64,000 bases of DNA from Eledone cirrhosa (lineage: Eukaryota). The notes under the pieces were generated by a model. It saw only the letters and a program-made list of their open reading frames with translations. It ran no database searches and was not told the origin of the DNA. Where the stretch lies: contig CAXHJY010000096.1 of the NCBI GenBank assembly GCA_964016885.1, positions 682,001 to 746,000 on the forward strand. The letters run 5' to 3'. A program made the translations under genes and the position numbers. Of this stretch, positions 35,475-49,869 are shown one piece after another; position 1 is the stretch's first letter, and every line of letters begins with the position of its first letter.

Positions 35475-38400
35475 TCAGCCGTCCAAGGGGAGATAATTTC
35501 CCGCCAGCCAAGGGAAGATAATATTCAAAAAAATCAGGCGGAGATAATTTGTAAAAAAAATCAGGGGGAGATAATTTGTAAAAAAATCAGGGGGAGATAA
35601 TTTGTAAAAAAAAAAATCAGGGGGAGATAATTTTTAAAAAAAATCAGGGGGAGATAATTTGTAAAAAAAAATCAGGGGTAGATAATTTGTAAAAAAAAAT
35701 CAGGGGGAGATAATTTGTAAAAAAAAATCAGGGGGAGATAATTTGTAAAAAAAATGAAAGGGGAGATAATATCCAGCCGTCCAAGGGGAGATAATTTCCA
35801 GCCGTCCAAGGGGAGATAATTTCCAGCCGTCCAAGGGGAGATAATTTCCATCCTTCCAAGGGGATATAATTTCCAGCCGTCCAAGGGGAGATAATTTCCA
35901 TCCTTCCAAGGGGATATAATTTCCAGCCGTCCAAGGGGAGATAATTTTCAGCCGTCCAAGGAGAGGTAATTTCTAGCCGTCCAAGGAGAGATAATTTCCA
36001 GCCGTCCAAGGGGAGATAATTTCCAGCCGTCCAAGGGGAGATAATTTCCAGCCGTCCAAGGAGACATATTTTCCAGCCGTCCAAGGAGAGGTAATTCCTA
36101 GCCGTCCAAGGGGAGATAAATTCCAGCCTCCAAGGGGAGATAATTTCCAGCCAGCCAAGGGGAGATAATTTGTAAAAAAAATCAGGGGGAGATAATTTGT
36201 AAAAAAAATCAGGGGGAGATAATTTGTAAAAAAAAATCAGGGGGAGATAATTTGTAAAAAATAATCAGGGGGAGATAATTTGTAAAAAAAATCAAGGGGA
36301 GATAATTTCCAGCCGTCCAAGGGGAGATAATTTTCAGCCGTCCAAGGGGAGATAATTTCCCGCCAGCCAAGGGAAGATAATATTTTAAAAAATTAGGCGG
36401 AGATAATTTGTAAAAAAAATCAGGGGGAGATAATTTGTAAAAAAATCAGGGGGAGATAATTTGTAAAAAAAATCAGGGGGAGATAATTTGTAAAAAAAAT
36501 CAGGGGGAGATAATTTGTAAAAAAAATTCAGGGGGAGATAATTTGTAAAAAAAATCAAGGGGAGATAATTTCCAGCCGTCCAAGGGAAGATAATTTCCAG
36601 CCCTCCAAGGGGCTATAATTTCCAGCGTCCAAGGGGAGATAATTTCCAGCCAGCGAAGGGGAGATAATTTTTTTTTAAAAATCATTGGGAGATTTGTAAA
36701 AAAAATCAGGGGGAGATAATTTGTAAAAAAAATCAAGGGGAGATAATTTCCAGCCCTCCAAGGGGAGGTAATATCTAGCCGTCCAAGGGGAGATAATTTC
36801 CAGCCGTCCAAGGGGAGATAATTTCCAGCCGTCCAAGGGTAGATAATATCCAGCCGTCCAAGGACATATTTTCCAGCCGTCCAAGGAGAGGTAATTTCTA
36901 GCCGTCCAAGGGGAGATAAATTCCAGCCTCCAAGGTGAGATAATTTCCAGCCAGCCAAGGGGAGATAATTTGTAAAAAAATCAGGGGGAGATAATTTGTA
37001 AAAAAAATCAGGGGGAGATAATTTGTAAAAAAAAATCAGGGGGAGATAATTTGTAAAAAAAATCAGGGGGAGATAATTTGTAAAAAAAAATCAGGGGGAG
37101 ATAATTTGTAAAAAAAATCAAGGGGAGATAATTTCCAGCCGTCCAAGGGGAGATAATTTCCCGCCAGCCAAGGGAAGATAATATTTAAAAAAATCAGGCG
37201 GAGATAATTTGTAAAAAAAATCAGGGGGAGATAATTTGTAAAAAAATCAGGGGGAGATAATTTGTAAAAAAAAAAATCAGGGGGAGATAATTTTTAAAAA
37301 AAATCAGGGGGAGATAATTTGTAAAAAAAAATCAGGGGTAGATAATTTGTAAAAAAAAATCAGGGGGAGATAATTTGTAAAAAAAAATCAGGGGGAGATA
37401 ATTTGTAAAAAAAATGAAAGGGGAGATAATATCCAGCCGTCCAAGGGGAGATAATTTCCAGCCGTCCAAGGGGAGATAATTTCCAGCCGTCCAAGGGGAG
37501 ATAATTTCCATCCTTCCAAGGGGATATAATTTCCAGCCGTCCAAGGGGAGATAATTTCCATCCTTCCAAGGGGATATAATTTCCAGCCGTCCAAGGGGAG
37601 ATAATTTTCAGCCGTCCAAGGAGAGGTAATTTCTAGCCGTCCAAGGAGAGATAATTTCCAGCCGTCCAAGGGGAGATAATTTCCAGCCGTCCAAGGGGAG
37701 ATAATTTCCAGCCGTCCAAGGAGACATATTTTCCAGCCGTCCAAGGAGAGGTAATTCCTAGCCGTCCAAGGGGAGATAAATTCCAGCCTCCAAGGGGAGA
37801 TAATTTCCAGCCAGCCAAGGGGAGATAATTTGTAAAAAAAATCAGGGGGAGATAATTTGTAAAAAAAATCAGGGGGAGATAATTTGTAAAAAAAAATCAG
37901 GGGGAGATAATTTGTAAAAAATAATCAGGGGGAGATAATTTGTAAAAAAAATCAAGGGGAGATAATTTCCAGCCGTCCAAGGGGAGATAATTTTCAGCCG
38001 TCCAAGGGGAGATAATTTCCCGCCAGCCAAGGGAAGATAATATTTAAAAAAATTAGGCGGAGATAATTTGTAAAAAAAATCAGGGGGAGATAATTTGTAA
38101 AAAAATCAGGGGGAGATAATTTGTAAAAAAAATCAGGGGGAGATAATTTGTAAAAAAAATCAGGGGGAGATAATTTGTAAAAAAAATTCAGGGGGAGATA
38201 ATTTGTAAAAAAAATCAAGGGGAGATAATTTCCAGCCGTCCAAGGGAAGATAATTTCCAGCCCTCCAAGGGGCTATAATTTCCAGCGTCCAAGGGGAGAT
38301 AATTTCCAGCCAGCGAAGGGGAGATAATTTTTTTTTAAAAATCATTGGGAGATTTGTAAAAAAAATCAGGGGGAGATAATTTGTAAAAAAAATCAAGGGG

Positions 38401-38900
38401 AGATAATTTCCAGCCCTCCAAGGGGAGGTAATATCTAGCCGTCCAAGGGGAGATAATTTCCAGCCGTCCAAGGGGAGATAATTTCCAGCCGTCCAAGGGT
38501 AGATAATATCCAGCCGTCCAAGGACATATTTTCCAGCCGTCCAAGGAGAGGTAATTTCTAGCCGTCCAAGGGGAGATAAATTCCAGCCTCCAAGGTGAGA
38601 TAATTTCCAGCCAGCCAAGGGGAGATAATTTGTAAAAAAATCAGGGGGAGATAATTTGTAAAAAAAATCAGGGGGAGATAATTTGTAAAAAAAAATCAGG
38701 GGGAGATAATTTGTAAAAAAAATCAGGGGGAGATAATTTGTAAAAAAAAATCAGGGGGAGATAATTTGTAAAAAAAATCAAGGGGAGATAATTTCCAGCC
38801 GTCCAAGGGGAGATAATTTCCCGCCAGCCAAGGGAAGATAATATTTAAAAAAATCAGGCGGAGATAATTTGTAAAAAAAATCAGGGGGAGATAATTTGTA
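35475..38900. repeat. 1,660-bp tandem duplication
   Basis: ORF pairs 35672/37332 and 36500/38160. Variants TAATTTTTAAAA (35631/37291) and CAGCCCTCCAAGGGGAGGTA (36751/38411). Confidence 0.93.
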
Positions 38901-39479
38901 AAAAAATCAGGGGGAGATAATTTGTAAAAAAAAAATCAGGGGGAGATAATTTGTAAAAAAAATCAGGGGGAGATAATTTGTAAAAAAAAATCAGGGGTAG
39001 ATAAATTGTAAAAAAAAATCAGGGGGAGATAATTTGTAAAAAAAATCAGGGGGAGATAATTTGTAAAAAACATGAAAGGGGAGATAATATCCAGCCGTCC
39101 AAGGGGAGATAATTTCCAGCCGTCCAAGGGGAGATAATTTCCAGCCGTCCAAGGGGAGATAATTTCCATCCTTCCAAGGGGATATAATTTCCAGCCGTCC
39201 AAGGGGAGATAATTTCCCGCCAGCCAAGGGAAGATAATTTTTAAAAAAATCAGGCGGAGATTGTAAAAAAAATCAGGGGGGAGATAATTTGTAAAAAAAT
39301 CAGGGGGAGATAATTTGTAAAAAAAAATCAGGGGGAGATAATTTGTAAAAAATAATCAGGGGGAGATAATTTGTAAAAAAAAATCAAGGGGAGATAATTT
39401 CCAGCCGTCCAAGGGGAGATAATTTCCCGCCAGCCAAGGGAAGATAATATTTAAAAAAATTAGGCGGAGATAATTTGTA

Positions 39480-42400
39480 AAAAAAATCAGGGGTAGATAA
39501 TTTGTAAAAAAAAATCAGGGGGAGATAATTTGTAAAAAAAATCAAGGGGAGATAATTTCCAGCCGTCCAAGGGAAGATAATTTCCAGCCCTCCAAGGGGC
39601 TATAATTTCCAGCGTCCAAGGGGAGATAATTTCCAGCCAGCGAAGGGGAGATAATTTTTTAAAAAAAATCATTGGGAGATTTGTAAAAAAAATCAGGGGG
39701 AGATAATTTGTAAAAAAAATCAAGGGGAGATAATTTCCAGCCGTCCAAGGGGAGGTAATATCTAGCCGTCCAAGGGTAGATAATTTCCAGCCGTCCAACG
39801 GGAGATAATTTCCAGCCGTCCAAGGGTAGATAATATCCAGCCGCCCAAGGACATATTTTCCAGCCGTCCAAGGAGAGGTAATTTCTAGCCGTCCAAGGGG
39901 AGATAATTTCCAGCCGTCCAAGGGTAGATAATATCCAGCCGTCCAAGGACATATTTTCCAGCCGTCCAAGGAGAGGTAATTTCTAGCCGTCCAAGGGGAG
40001 ATAAATTCCAGCCTCCAAGGGGAGATAATTTCCAGCCAGCCAAGGGGAGATAATTTGTAAAAAAATCAGGGGGAGATAATTTGTAAAAAAAATCAGGGGG
40101 AGATAATTTGTAAAAAAAAATCAGGGGGAGATAATTTGTAAAAAAAAATCAGGGGGAGATAATTTGCAAAAAAAATCAGAGGGAGATAATTTGTAAAAAA
40201 AAATCAGGGGTAGATAATTTGTAAAAAAAAATCAGGGGGAGATAATTTGTAAAAAAAAATCAGGGGGAGATAATTTGTAAAAAAAATCAAGGGGAGATAA
40301 TTTCCAGCCGTCCAAGGAGAGATAATTTTAAAAAAAATCAGGCGGAGATAATTTGTAAAAAAAAATCAGGGGGAGATAACTTGTAAAAAAAAATCAGGGG
40401 GAGATAATTTGTAAAAAAAAATCAGGGGGAGATAATTTGTAAAAAAAATCAGGAGGAGATAATTTGTAAAAATAATCAAGGGGAGATAATTTCCAGCCGT
40501 CCAAGGAGAGATAATTTAAAAAAAAATCAGGCGGAGATAATTTGTAAAAAAAAATCAGGGGGAGATAATTTGTAAAAAAAAATCAGGGGGAGATAATTTG
40601 TAAAAAAAATCAAGGGGAGATAATTTCCAGCCGTCCAAGGGGAGATAATTTTCAGCCGTCCAAGGGGAGATAATTTCCCGCCAGCCAAGGGAAGATAATA
40701 TTCAAAAAAATCAGGCGGAGATAATTTGTAAAAAAAATCAGGGGGAGATAATTTGTAAAAAAATCAGGGGGAGATAATTTGTAAAAAAAAAAATCAGGGG
40801 GAGATAATTTTTAAAAAAAATCAGGGGGAGATAATTTGTAAAAAAAAATCAGGGGTAGATAATTTGTAAAAAAAAATCAGGGGGAGATAATTTGTAAAAA
40901 AAAATCAGGGGGAGATAATTTGTAAAAAAAATGAAAGGGGAGATAATTTCCAGCCGTCCAAGGGGAGATAATTTCCAGCCGTCCAAGGGGAGATAATTTC
41001 CAGCCGTCCAAGGGGAGATAATTTCCATCCTTCCAAGGGGATATAATTTCCAGCCGTCCAAGGGGAGATAATTTCCATCCTTCCAAGGGGATATAATTTC
41101 CAGCCGTCCAAGGGGAGATAATTTTCAGCCGTCCAAGGAGAGGTAATTTCTAGCCGTCCAAGGAGAGATAATTTCCAGCCGTCCAAGGGGAGATAATTTC
41201 CAGCCGTCCAAGGGGAGATAATTTCCAGCCGTCCAAGGAGACATATTTTCCAGCCGTCCAAGGAGAGGTAATTCCTAGCCGTCCAAGGGGAGATAAATTC
41301 CAGCCTCCAAGGGGAGATAATTTCCAGCCAGCCAAGGGGAGATAATTTGTAAAAAAAATCAGGGGGAGATAATTTGTAAAAAAAATCAGGGGGAGATAAT
41401 TTGTAAAAAAAAATCAGGGGGAGATAATTTGTAAAAAATAATCAGGGGGAGATAATTTGTAAAAAAAATCAAGGGGAGATAATTTCCAGCCGTCCAAGGG
41501 GAGATAATTTTCAGCCGTCCAAGGGGAGATAATTTCCCGCCAGCCAAGGGAAGATAATATTTAAAAAAATTAGGCGGAGATAATTTGTAAAGAAAATCAG
41601 GGGGAGATAATTTGTAAAAAAATCAGGGGGAGATAATTTGTAAAAAAAATCAGGGGGAGATAATTTGTAAAAAAAATCAGGGGGAGATAATTTGTAAAAA
41701 AAAATCAGGGGGAGATAATTTGAAAAAAATATCAAGGGGAGATAATTTCCAGCCCTCCAAGGGGCTATAATTTCCAGCGTCCAAGGGGAGATAATTTCCA
41801 GCCAGCGAAGGGGAGATAATTTTTTTTAAAAAATCATTGGGAGATTTGTAAAAAAAATCAGGGGGAGATAATTTGTAAAAAAAATCAAGGGGAGATAATT
41901 TCCAGCCGTCCAAGGGGAGGTAATATCTAGCCGTCCAAGGGGAGATAATTTCCAGCCGTCCAAGGGGAGATAATTTCCAGCCGTCCAAGGGTAGATAATA
42001 TCCAGCCGTCCAAGGACATATTTTCCAGCCGTCCAAGGAGAGGTAATTTCTAGCCGTCCAAGGGGAGATAAATTCCAGCCTCCAAGGTGAGATAATTTCC
42101 AGCCAGCCAAGGGGAGATAATTTGTAAAAAAATCAGGGGGAGATAATTTGTAAAAAAAATCAGGGGGAGATAATTTGTAAAAAAAAATCAGGGGGAGATA
42201 ATTTGTAAAAAAAATCAGGGGGAGATAATTTGTAAAAAAAAATCAGGGGGAGATAATTTGTAAAAAAAATCAAGGGGAGATAATTTCCAGCCGTCCAAGG
42301 GGAGATAATTTCCCGCCAGCCAAGGGAAGATAATATTTAAAAAAATCAGGCGGAGATAATTTGTAAAAAAATCAGGGGGAGATAATTTGTAAAAAAATCA

Positions 42401-45400
42401 GGGGGAGATAATTTGTAAAAAAAAAATCAGGGGGAGATAATTTGTAAAAAAAATCAGGGGGAGATAATTTGTAAAAAAAAATCAGGGGTAGATAAATTGT
42501 AAAAAAAAATCAGGGGGAGATAATTTGTAAAAAAAATCAGGGGGAGATAATTTGTAAAAAAAATGAAAGGGGAGATAATATCCAGCCGTCCAAGGGGAGA
42601 TAATTTCCAGCCGTCCAAGGGGAGATAATTTCCAGCCGTCCAAGGGGAGATAATTTCCATCCTTCCAAGGGGATATAATTTCCAGCCGTCCAAGGGGAGA
42701 TAATTTCCCGCCAGCCAAGGGAAGATAATTTTTAAAAAAATCAGGCGGAGATTGTAAAAAAAATCAGGGGGGAGATAATTTGTAAAAAAATCAGGGGGAG
42801 ATAATTTGTAAAAAAAAATCAGGGGGAGATAATTTGTAAAAAATAATCAGGGGGAGATAATTTGTAAAAAAAAATCAAGGGGAGATAATATCCAGCCGTC
42901 CAAGGGGAGATAATTTCCCGCCAGCCAAGGGAAGATAATATTTAAAAAAATTAGGCGGAGATAATTTGTAAAAAAAATCAGGGGGAGATAATTTGTAAAA
43001 AAATCAGGGGGAGATAATTTGTAAAAAAAATCAGGGGGAGATAATTTGTAAAAAAAATCATGGGGAGATAATTTGTAAAAAAAAATCAGGGGTAGATAAT
43101 TTGTAAAAAAAAATCAGGGGGAGATAATTTGTAAAAAAAAATCAGGGGGAGATAATTTGTAAAAAAAATCAAGGGGAGATAATTTCCAGCCGTCCAAGGG
43201 GAGATAATTTTCAGCTGTCCAAGGAGAGGTAATTTCTAGCCGTCCAAGGGGAGATAATTTCCAGCCGTCCAAGGGGAGGTAATTTCCAGCCGTCCAAGGG
43301 GAGATAATTTTAAAAAAAAAATCAGGCGGAGATAATTTGTAAAAAAAATCAAGGGGAGATAATTTGCAGCCGTCCAAGGGGAGATAATTTTCAGTCGTCC
43401 AAGGAGAGGTAATTTCTAGCCGTCCAAGGGGAGATAATTGCCAGCCGTCCAAGGGGAGATAATTTCCAGCCGTCCAAGGGGAGATAATTTTTTTTAAAAA
43501 ATCAGGCGGAGATAATTTGTAAAAAAAATCAGGGGGAGATAATTTGTAAACAAAATCAGGGGGAGATAATTTGTAAAAAAAAATCAGGGGGAGATAATTT
43601 GTAAAAAAAATCATGGAGAGATAATTTCCAGCCGTCCAAGGTGAGATAATTTCCAGCCGTCCAAGGAGACATATTTTCCAGCCGTCCAAGGCGAGGTAAT
43701 TTCTAGCCGTCCAAGGGGAGATAAATTCCAGCCTCCAAGGGGAGATAATTTCCAGCCAGCCAAGTGGAGATAATTTGTAAAAAAATCAGGGGGAGATAAT
43801 TTGTAAAAAATATCAGGGAGATAATTTGTAAAAAAAAATCAGGGGGAGATAATTTGTAAAAAAAATCAGGGGGAGATAATTTGTAAAAAAAAATCAGGTG
43901 GAGATAATTTGTAAAAAAAATCAAGGGGAGATAATTTTCAGCCGTCCAAGGGGAGATAATTTCCCGCCAGCCATGGGAAGATAATATTTAAAAAAATCAG
44001 GCGGAGATAATTTGTAAAAAAAATCAGGCGGAGATAATTTGTAAAAAAATCAGGGGGAGATAATTTGTAAAAAAAAAATCAGGGGGAGATAATTTGTAAA
44101 AAAAATCAGGGGGAGATAATTTGTAAAAAAAAATCAAGGGGAGATAATTTCCAGCCGTCCAAGGGGATATAATTTCCAGCCGTCCAAGGGGAGATAATTT
44201 CCATCCTTCCAAGGGGATATAATTTCCAGCCGTCCAAGGGGAGATAATTTCCCGCCAGCCAAGGGAAGATAATTTTTAAAAAAATCAGGCGGAGATTGTA
44301 AAAAAAATCAGGGGGGAGATAATTTGTAAAAAAATCAGGAGGAGATAATTTGTAAAAAATAATCAGGGGGAGATAATTTGTAAAAAAATTCAAGGGGAGA
44401 TAATTTCCAGCCGTCCAAGGGGAGATAATTTCCCGCCAGCCAAGGGAAGATAATATTTAAAAAAATTAGGCGGAGATAATTTGTAAAAAAAATCAGGGGG
44501 AGATAATTTGTAAAAAAATCAAGGGGAGATAATTTGTAAAAAAAATCAGGGGGAGATAATTTGTAAAAAAAATCATGGGGAGATAATTTGTAAAAAAAAA
44601 TCAGGGGTAGATAATTTGTAAAAAAAAATCAGGGGGAGATAATTTGTAAAAAAAAATCAGGGGGAGATAATTTGTAAAAAAAATCAAGGGGAGATAATAT
44701 CCAGCCGTCCAAGGAGAGATAATTTTAAAAAAAAATGAGGCGGAGATAATTTGTAAAAAATCAGGGGGAGTTAATTTGTAAAGAAAAATGAGGGGGAGAT
44801 AATTTGTAAAAAAAATCAAGGGGAGATAATTTCCAGCCGTCCAAGGGGAGATAATTTTCAGCCGTCCAAGGAGAGGTAATTTCTAGCCGTCCAAGGGGAG
44901 ATAATTTCCAGCCGTCCAAGGGGAGGTAATTTCCAGCCGTCCAAGGGGAGATAAATTAAAAAAAAAATCAGGCGGAGATAATTTGTAAAAAAAATCAAGG
45001 GGAGATAATTTGCAGCCGTCCAATGGGAGATAATTTTCAGTCGTCCAAGGAGAGGTAATTTCTAGCCGTCCAAGGGGAGATAATTTCCAGCCGTCCAAGG
45101 GGAGATAATTTCCAGCCGTCCAAGGGGAGATAATTTTTTTTTAAAAATCAGGGGGAGATAATTTGTAAAAAAAATTAGGCGTAGATAATTTGTAAAAAAA
45201 AATCAGGGGGAGATAATTTGTAAAAAAAAATCAGGGGGAGATAATTTGTTTAAAAAATCAAGGGGAGATAATTTGCAGCCGTCCAAGGGGAGATAATTTT
45301 CAGCCGTCCAAGGAGAGGTAATTTCTAGCCGTTCAAGGGGAGATAATTTCCAGCCGTCCAAGGGGAGATAATTTCCAGCCGTCCAAGGGGAGATAATTTT

Positions 45401-47500
45401 TTTTTAAAAATCAGGCGGACATAATTTGTAAAAAAAAATCAGGGGGAGATAATTCGTAAAAAAAAATCAGGGGGAGATAATTTGTAAAAAAAAATCAGGG
45501 GGAGATAATTTGTAAAAAAAATCAAGGGGAGATAATTTCCAGCCGTCCAAGGGAAGATAATTTCCAGCCCTCCAAGGGGCTATAATTTCCAGCGTCCAAG
45601 GGGAGATAATTTCCAGCCAGCGAAGGGGAGATAATTTTTTAAAAAAAATCATTGGGAGATTTGTAAAAAAAATCAGGGGGAGATAATTTGTAAAAAAAAT
45701 CAAGGGGAGATAATTTCCAGCCGTCCAAGGGGAGGTAATATCTAGCCGTCCAAGGGTAGATAATTTCCAGCCGTCCAACGGGAGATAATTTCCAGCCGTC
45801 CAAGGGTAGATAATATCCAGCCGCCCAAGGACATATTTTCCAGCCGTCCAAGGAGAGGTAATTTCTAGCCGTCCAAGGGGAGATAATTTCCAGCCGTCCA
45901 AGGGTAGATAATATCCAGCCGTCCAAGGACATATTTTCCAGCCGTCCAAGGAGAGGTAATTTCTAGCCGTCCAAGGGGAGATAAATTCCAGCCTCCAAGG
46001 GGAGATAATTTCCAGCCAGCCAAGGGGAGATAATTTGTAAAAAAATCAGGGGGAGATAATTTGTAAAAAAAATCAGGGGGAGATAATTTGTAAAAAAAAA
46101 TCAGGGGGAGATAATTTGTAAAAAAAAATCAGGGGGAGATAATTTGCAAAAAAAATCAGGGGGAGATAATTTGTAAAAAAAAATCAGGGGTAGATAATTT
46201 GTAAAAAAAAATCAGGGGGAGATAATTTGTAAAAAAAAATCAGGGGGAGATAATTTGTAAAAAAAATCAAGGGGAGATAATTTCCAGCCGTCCAAGGAGA
46301 GATAATTTAAAAAAAAATCAGGCGGAGATAATTTGTAAAAAAAAATCAGGGGGAGATAATTTGTAAAAAAAAATCAGGGGGAGATAATTTGTAAAAAAAA
46401 ATCAGGGGGAGATAATTTGTAAAAAAAAATCAGGAGGAGATAATTTGTAAAAAAAATCAAGGGGAGATAATTTCCAGCCGTCCAAGGAGAGATAATTTAA
46501 AAAAAAATCAGGCGGAGATAATTTGTAAAAAAAAATCAGGGGGAGATAATTTGTAAAAAAAAATCAGGGGGAGATAATTTGTAAAAAAAATCAAGGGGAG
46601 ATAATTTCCAGCCGTCCAAGGGGAGATAATTTTCAGCCGTCCAAGGGGAGATAATTTCCCGCCAGCCAAGGGAAGATAATATTCAAAAAAATCAGGCGGA
46701 GATAATTTGTAAAAAAAATCAGGGGGAGATAATTTGTAAAAAAATCAGGGGGAGATAATTTGTAAAAAAAAAAATCAGGGGGAGATAATTTTTAAAAAAA
46801 ATCAGGGGGAGATAATTTGTAAAAAAAAATCAGGGGTAGATAATTTGTAAAAAAAAATCAGGGGGAGATAATTTGTAAAAAAAAATCAGGGGGAGATAAT
46901 TTGTAAAAAAAATGAAAGGGGAGATAATATCCAGCCGTCCAAGGGGAGATAATTTCCAGCCGTCCAAGGGGAGATAATTTCCAGCCGTCCAAGGGGAGAT
47001 AATTTCCATCCTTCCAAGGGGATATAATTTCCAGCCGTCCAAGGGGAGATAATTTCCATCCTTCCAAGGGGATATAATTTCCAGCCGTCCAAGGGGAGAT
47101 AATTTTCAGCCGTCCAAGGAGAGGTAATTTCTAGCCGTCCAAGGAGAGATAATTTCCAGCCGTCCAAGGGGAGATGATTTCCAGCCGTCCAAGGGGAGAT
47201 AATTTCCAGCCGTCCAAGGAGACATATTTTCCAGCCGTCCAAGGAGAGGTAATTCCTAGCCGTCCAAGGGGAGATAAATTCCAGCCTCCAAGGGGAGATA
47301 ATTTCCAGCCAGCCAAGGGGAGATAATTTGTAAAAAAAATCAGGGGGAGATAATTTGTAAAAAAAATCAGGGGGAGATAATTTGTAAAAAAAAATCAGGG
47401 GGAGATAATTTGTAAAAAATAATCAGGGGGAGATAATTTGTAAAAAAAATCAAGGGGAGATAATTTCCAGCCGTCCAAGGGGAGATAATTTTCAGCCGTC
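39480..47500. repeat. ~5,980-bp period: ~39,480-41,520 recurs at ~45,460-47,500 (a related copy lies at ~34,310-36,350)
   Basis: ORF pairs 39487/45467, 39659/45639 and 40849/46830. The pair 34313/39487 has offset 5,174. Confidence 0.85.
42950..45460. repeat. More diverged copy of the ~7.1-9.8 kb block
   Basis: The 191-aa pseudo-ORF at 43114-43689 is identical to 7226-7801. Downstream the block is collinear but has monomer deletions and many private substitutions. Confidence 0.85.
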
Positions 47501-49869
47501 CAAGGGGAGATAATTTCCAGCCGTCCAAGGGGAGATAATTTCCATCCTTCCAAGGGGATATAATTTCCAGCCGTCCAAGGGGAGATAATTTCCCGCCAGC
47601 CAAGGGAAGATAATTTTTAAAAAAATCAGGCGGAGATTGTAAAAAAATCAGGGGGGAGATAATTTGTAAAAAAATCAGGGGAAGATAATTTGTAAAAAAA
47701 AATCAGGGGGAGATAATTTGTAAAAAATAATCAGGGGGAGATAATTTCCAGCCCTCCAAGGGGCTATAATTTCCAGTGTCCAAGGGGAGATAATTTCCAG
47801 CCAGCGAAGGGGAGATAATTTTTTTTTAAAAATCATTGGGAGATTTGTAAAAAAAATCAGGGGGAGATAATTTGTAAAAAAAATCAAGGGGAGATAATTT
47901 CCAGCCGTCCAAGGGGAGGTAATATCTAGCCGTCCAAGGGTAGATAATTTCCAGCCGTCCAACGGGAGATAATTTCCAGCCGTCCAAGGGTAGATAATAT
48001 CCAGCCGCCCAAGGACATATTTTCCAGCCGTCCAAGGAGAGGTAATTTCTAGCCGTCCAAGGGGAGATAATTTCCAGCCGTCCAAGGGTAGATAATATCC
48101 AGCCGTCCAAGGACATATTTTCCAGCCGTCCAAGGAGAGGTAATTTCTAGCCGTCCAAGGGGAGATAAATTCCAGCCTCCAAGGGGAGATAATTTCCAGC
48201 CAGCCAAGGGGAGATAATTTGTAAAAAAATCAGGGGGAGATAATTTGTAAAAAAAATCAGGGGGAGATAATTTGTAAAAAAAAATCAGGGGGAGATAATT
48301 TGTAAAAAAAAATCAGGGTGAGATAATTTGCAAAAAAAATCAGGGGGAGATAATTTGTAAAAAAAAATCAGGGGTAGATAATTTGTAAAAAAAAATCAGG
48401 GGGAGATAATTTGTAAAAAAAAATCAGGGGGAGATAATTTGTAAAAAAAATCAAGGGGAGATAATTTCCAGCCGTCCAAGGAGAGATAATTTTAAAAAAA
48501 ATCAGGCGGAGATAATTTGTAAAAAAAAATCAGGGGGAGATAATTTGTAAAAAAAATCAGGGGGAGATAATTTGTAAAAAAAAATCAGGGGTAGATAATT
48601 TGTAAAAAAAAATCAGGGGGAGAGAATTTGTAAAAAAAAATCAGGAGGAGATAATTTGTAAAAAAAATCAAGGGGAGATAATTTCCAGCCGTCCAAGGAG
48701 AGATAATTTAAAAAAAAATCAGGCGGAGATAATTTGTAAAAAAAAATCAGGGGGAGATAATTTGTAAAAAAAAATCAGGGGGAGATAATTTGTAAAAAAA
48801 ATCAAGGGGAGATAATTTCCAGCCGTCCAAGGGGAGATAATTTTCAGCCGTCCAAGGGGAGATAATTTCCCGCCAGCCAAGGGAAGATAATATTCAAAAA
48901 AATCAGGCGGAGATAATTTGTAAAAAAAATCAGGGGGAGATAATTTGTAAAAAAATCAGGGGGAGATAATTTGTAAAAAAAAAAATCAGGGGGAGATAAT
49001 TTGTAAAAAAAATCAGGGGGAGATAATTTGTAAAAAAAATCAGGGGTAGATAATTTGTAAAAAAAAATCAGGGGGAGATAATTTGTAAAAAAAAATCAGG
49101 GGGAGATAATTTGTAAAAAAAATGAAAGGGGAGATAATATCCAGCCGTCCAAGGGGAGATAATTTCCAGCCGTCCAAGGGGAGATAATTTCCAGCCGTCC
49201 AAGGGGAGATAATTTCCATCCTTCCAAGGGGATATAATTTCCAGCCGTCCAAGGGGAGATAATTTCCATCCTTCCAAGGGGATATAATTTCCAGCCGTCC
49301 AAGGGGAGATAATTTTCAGCCGTCCAAGGAGAGGTAATTTCTAGCCGTCCAAGGAGAGATAATTTCCAGCCGTCCAAGGGGAGATAATTTCCAGCCGTCC
49401 AAGGGGAGATAATTTCCAGCCGTCCAAGGAGACATATTTTCCAGCCGTCCAAGGAGAGGTAATTCCTAGCCGTCCAAGGGGAGATAAATTCCAGCCTCCA
49501 AGGGGAGATAATTTCCAGCCAGCCAAGGGGAGATAATTTGTAAAAAAAATCAGGGGGAGATAATTTGTAAAAAAAATCAGGGGGAGATAATTTGTAAAAA
49601 AAAATCAGGGGTAGATAATTTGTAAAAAATAATCAGGGGGAGATAATTTGTAAAAAAAATCAAGGGGAGATAATTTCCAGCCGTCCAAGGGGAGATAATT
49701 TTCAGCCGTCCAAGGGGAGATAATTTCCCGCCAGCCAAGGGAAGATAATATTTAAAAAAATTAGGCGGAGATAATTTGTAAAAAAAATCAGGGGGAGATA
49801 ATTTGTAAAAAAATCAGGGGGAGATAATTTGTAAAAAAAATCAGGGGGAGATAATTTGTAAAAAAAATC

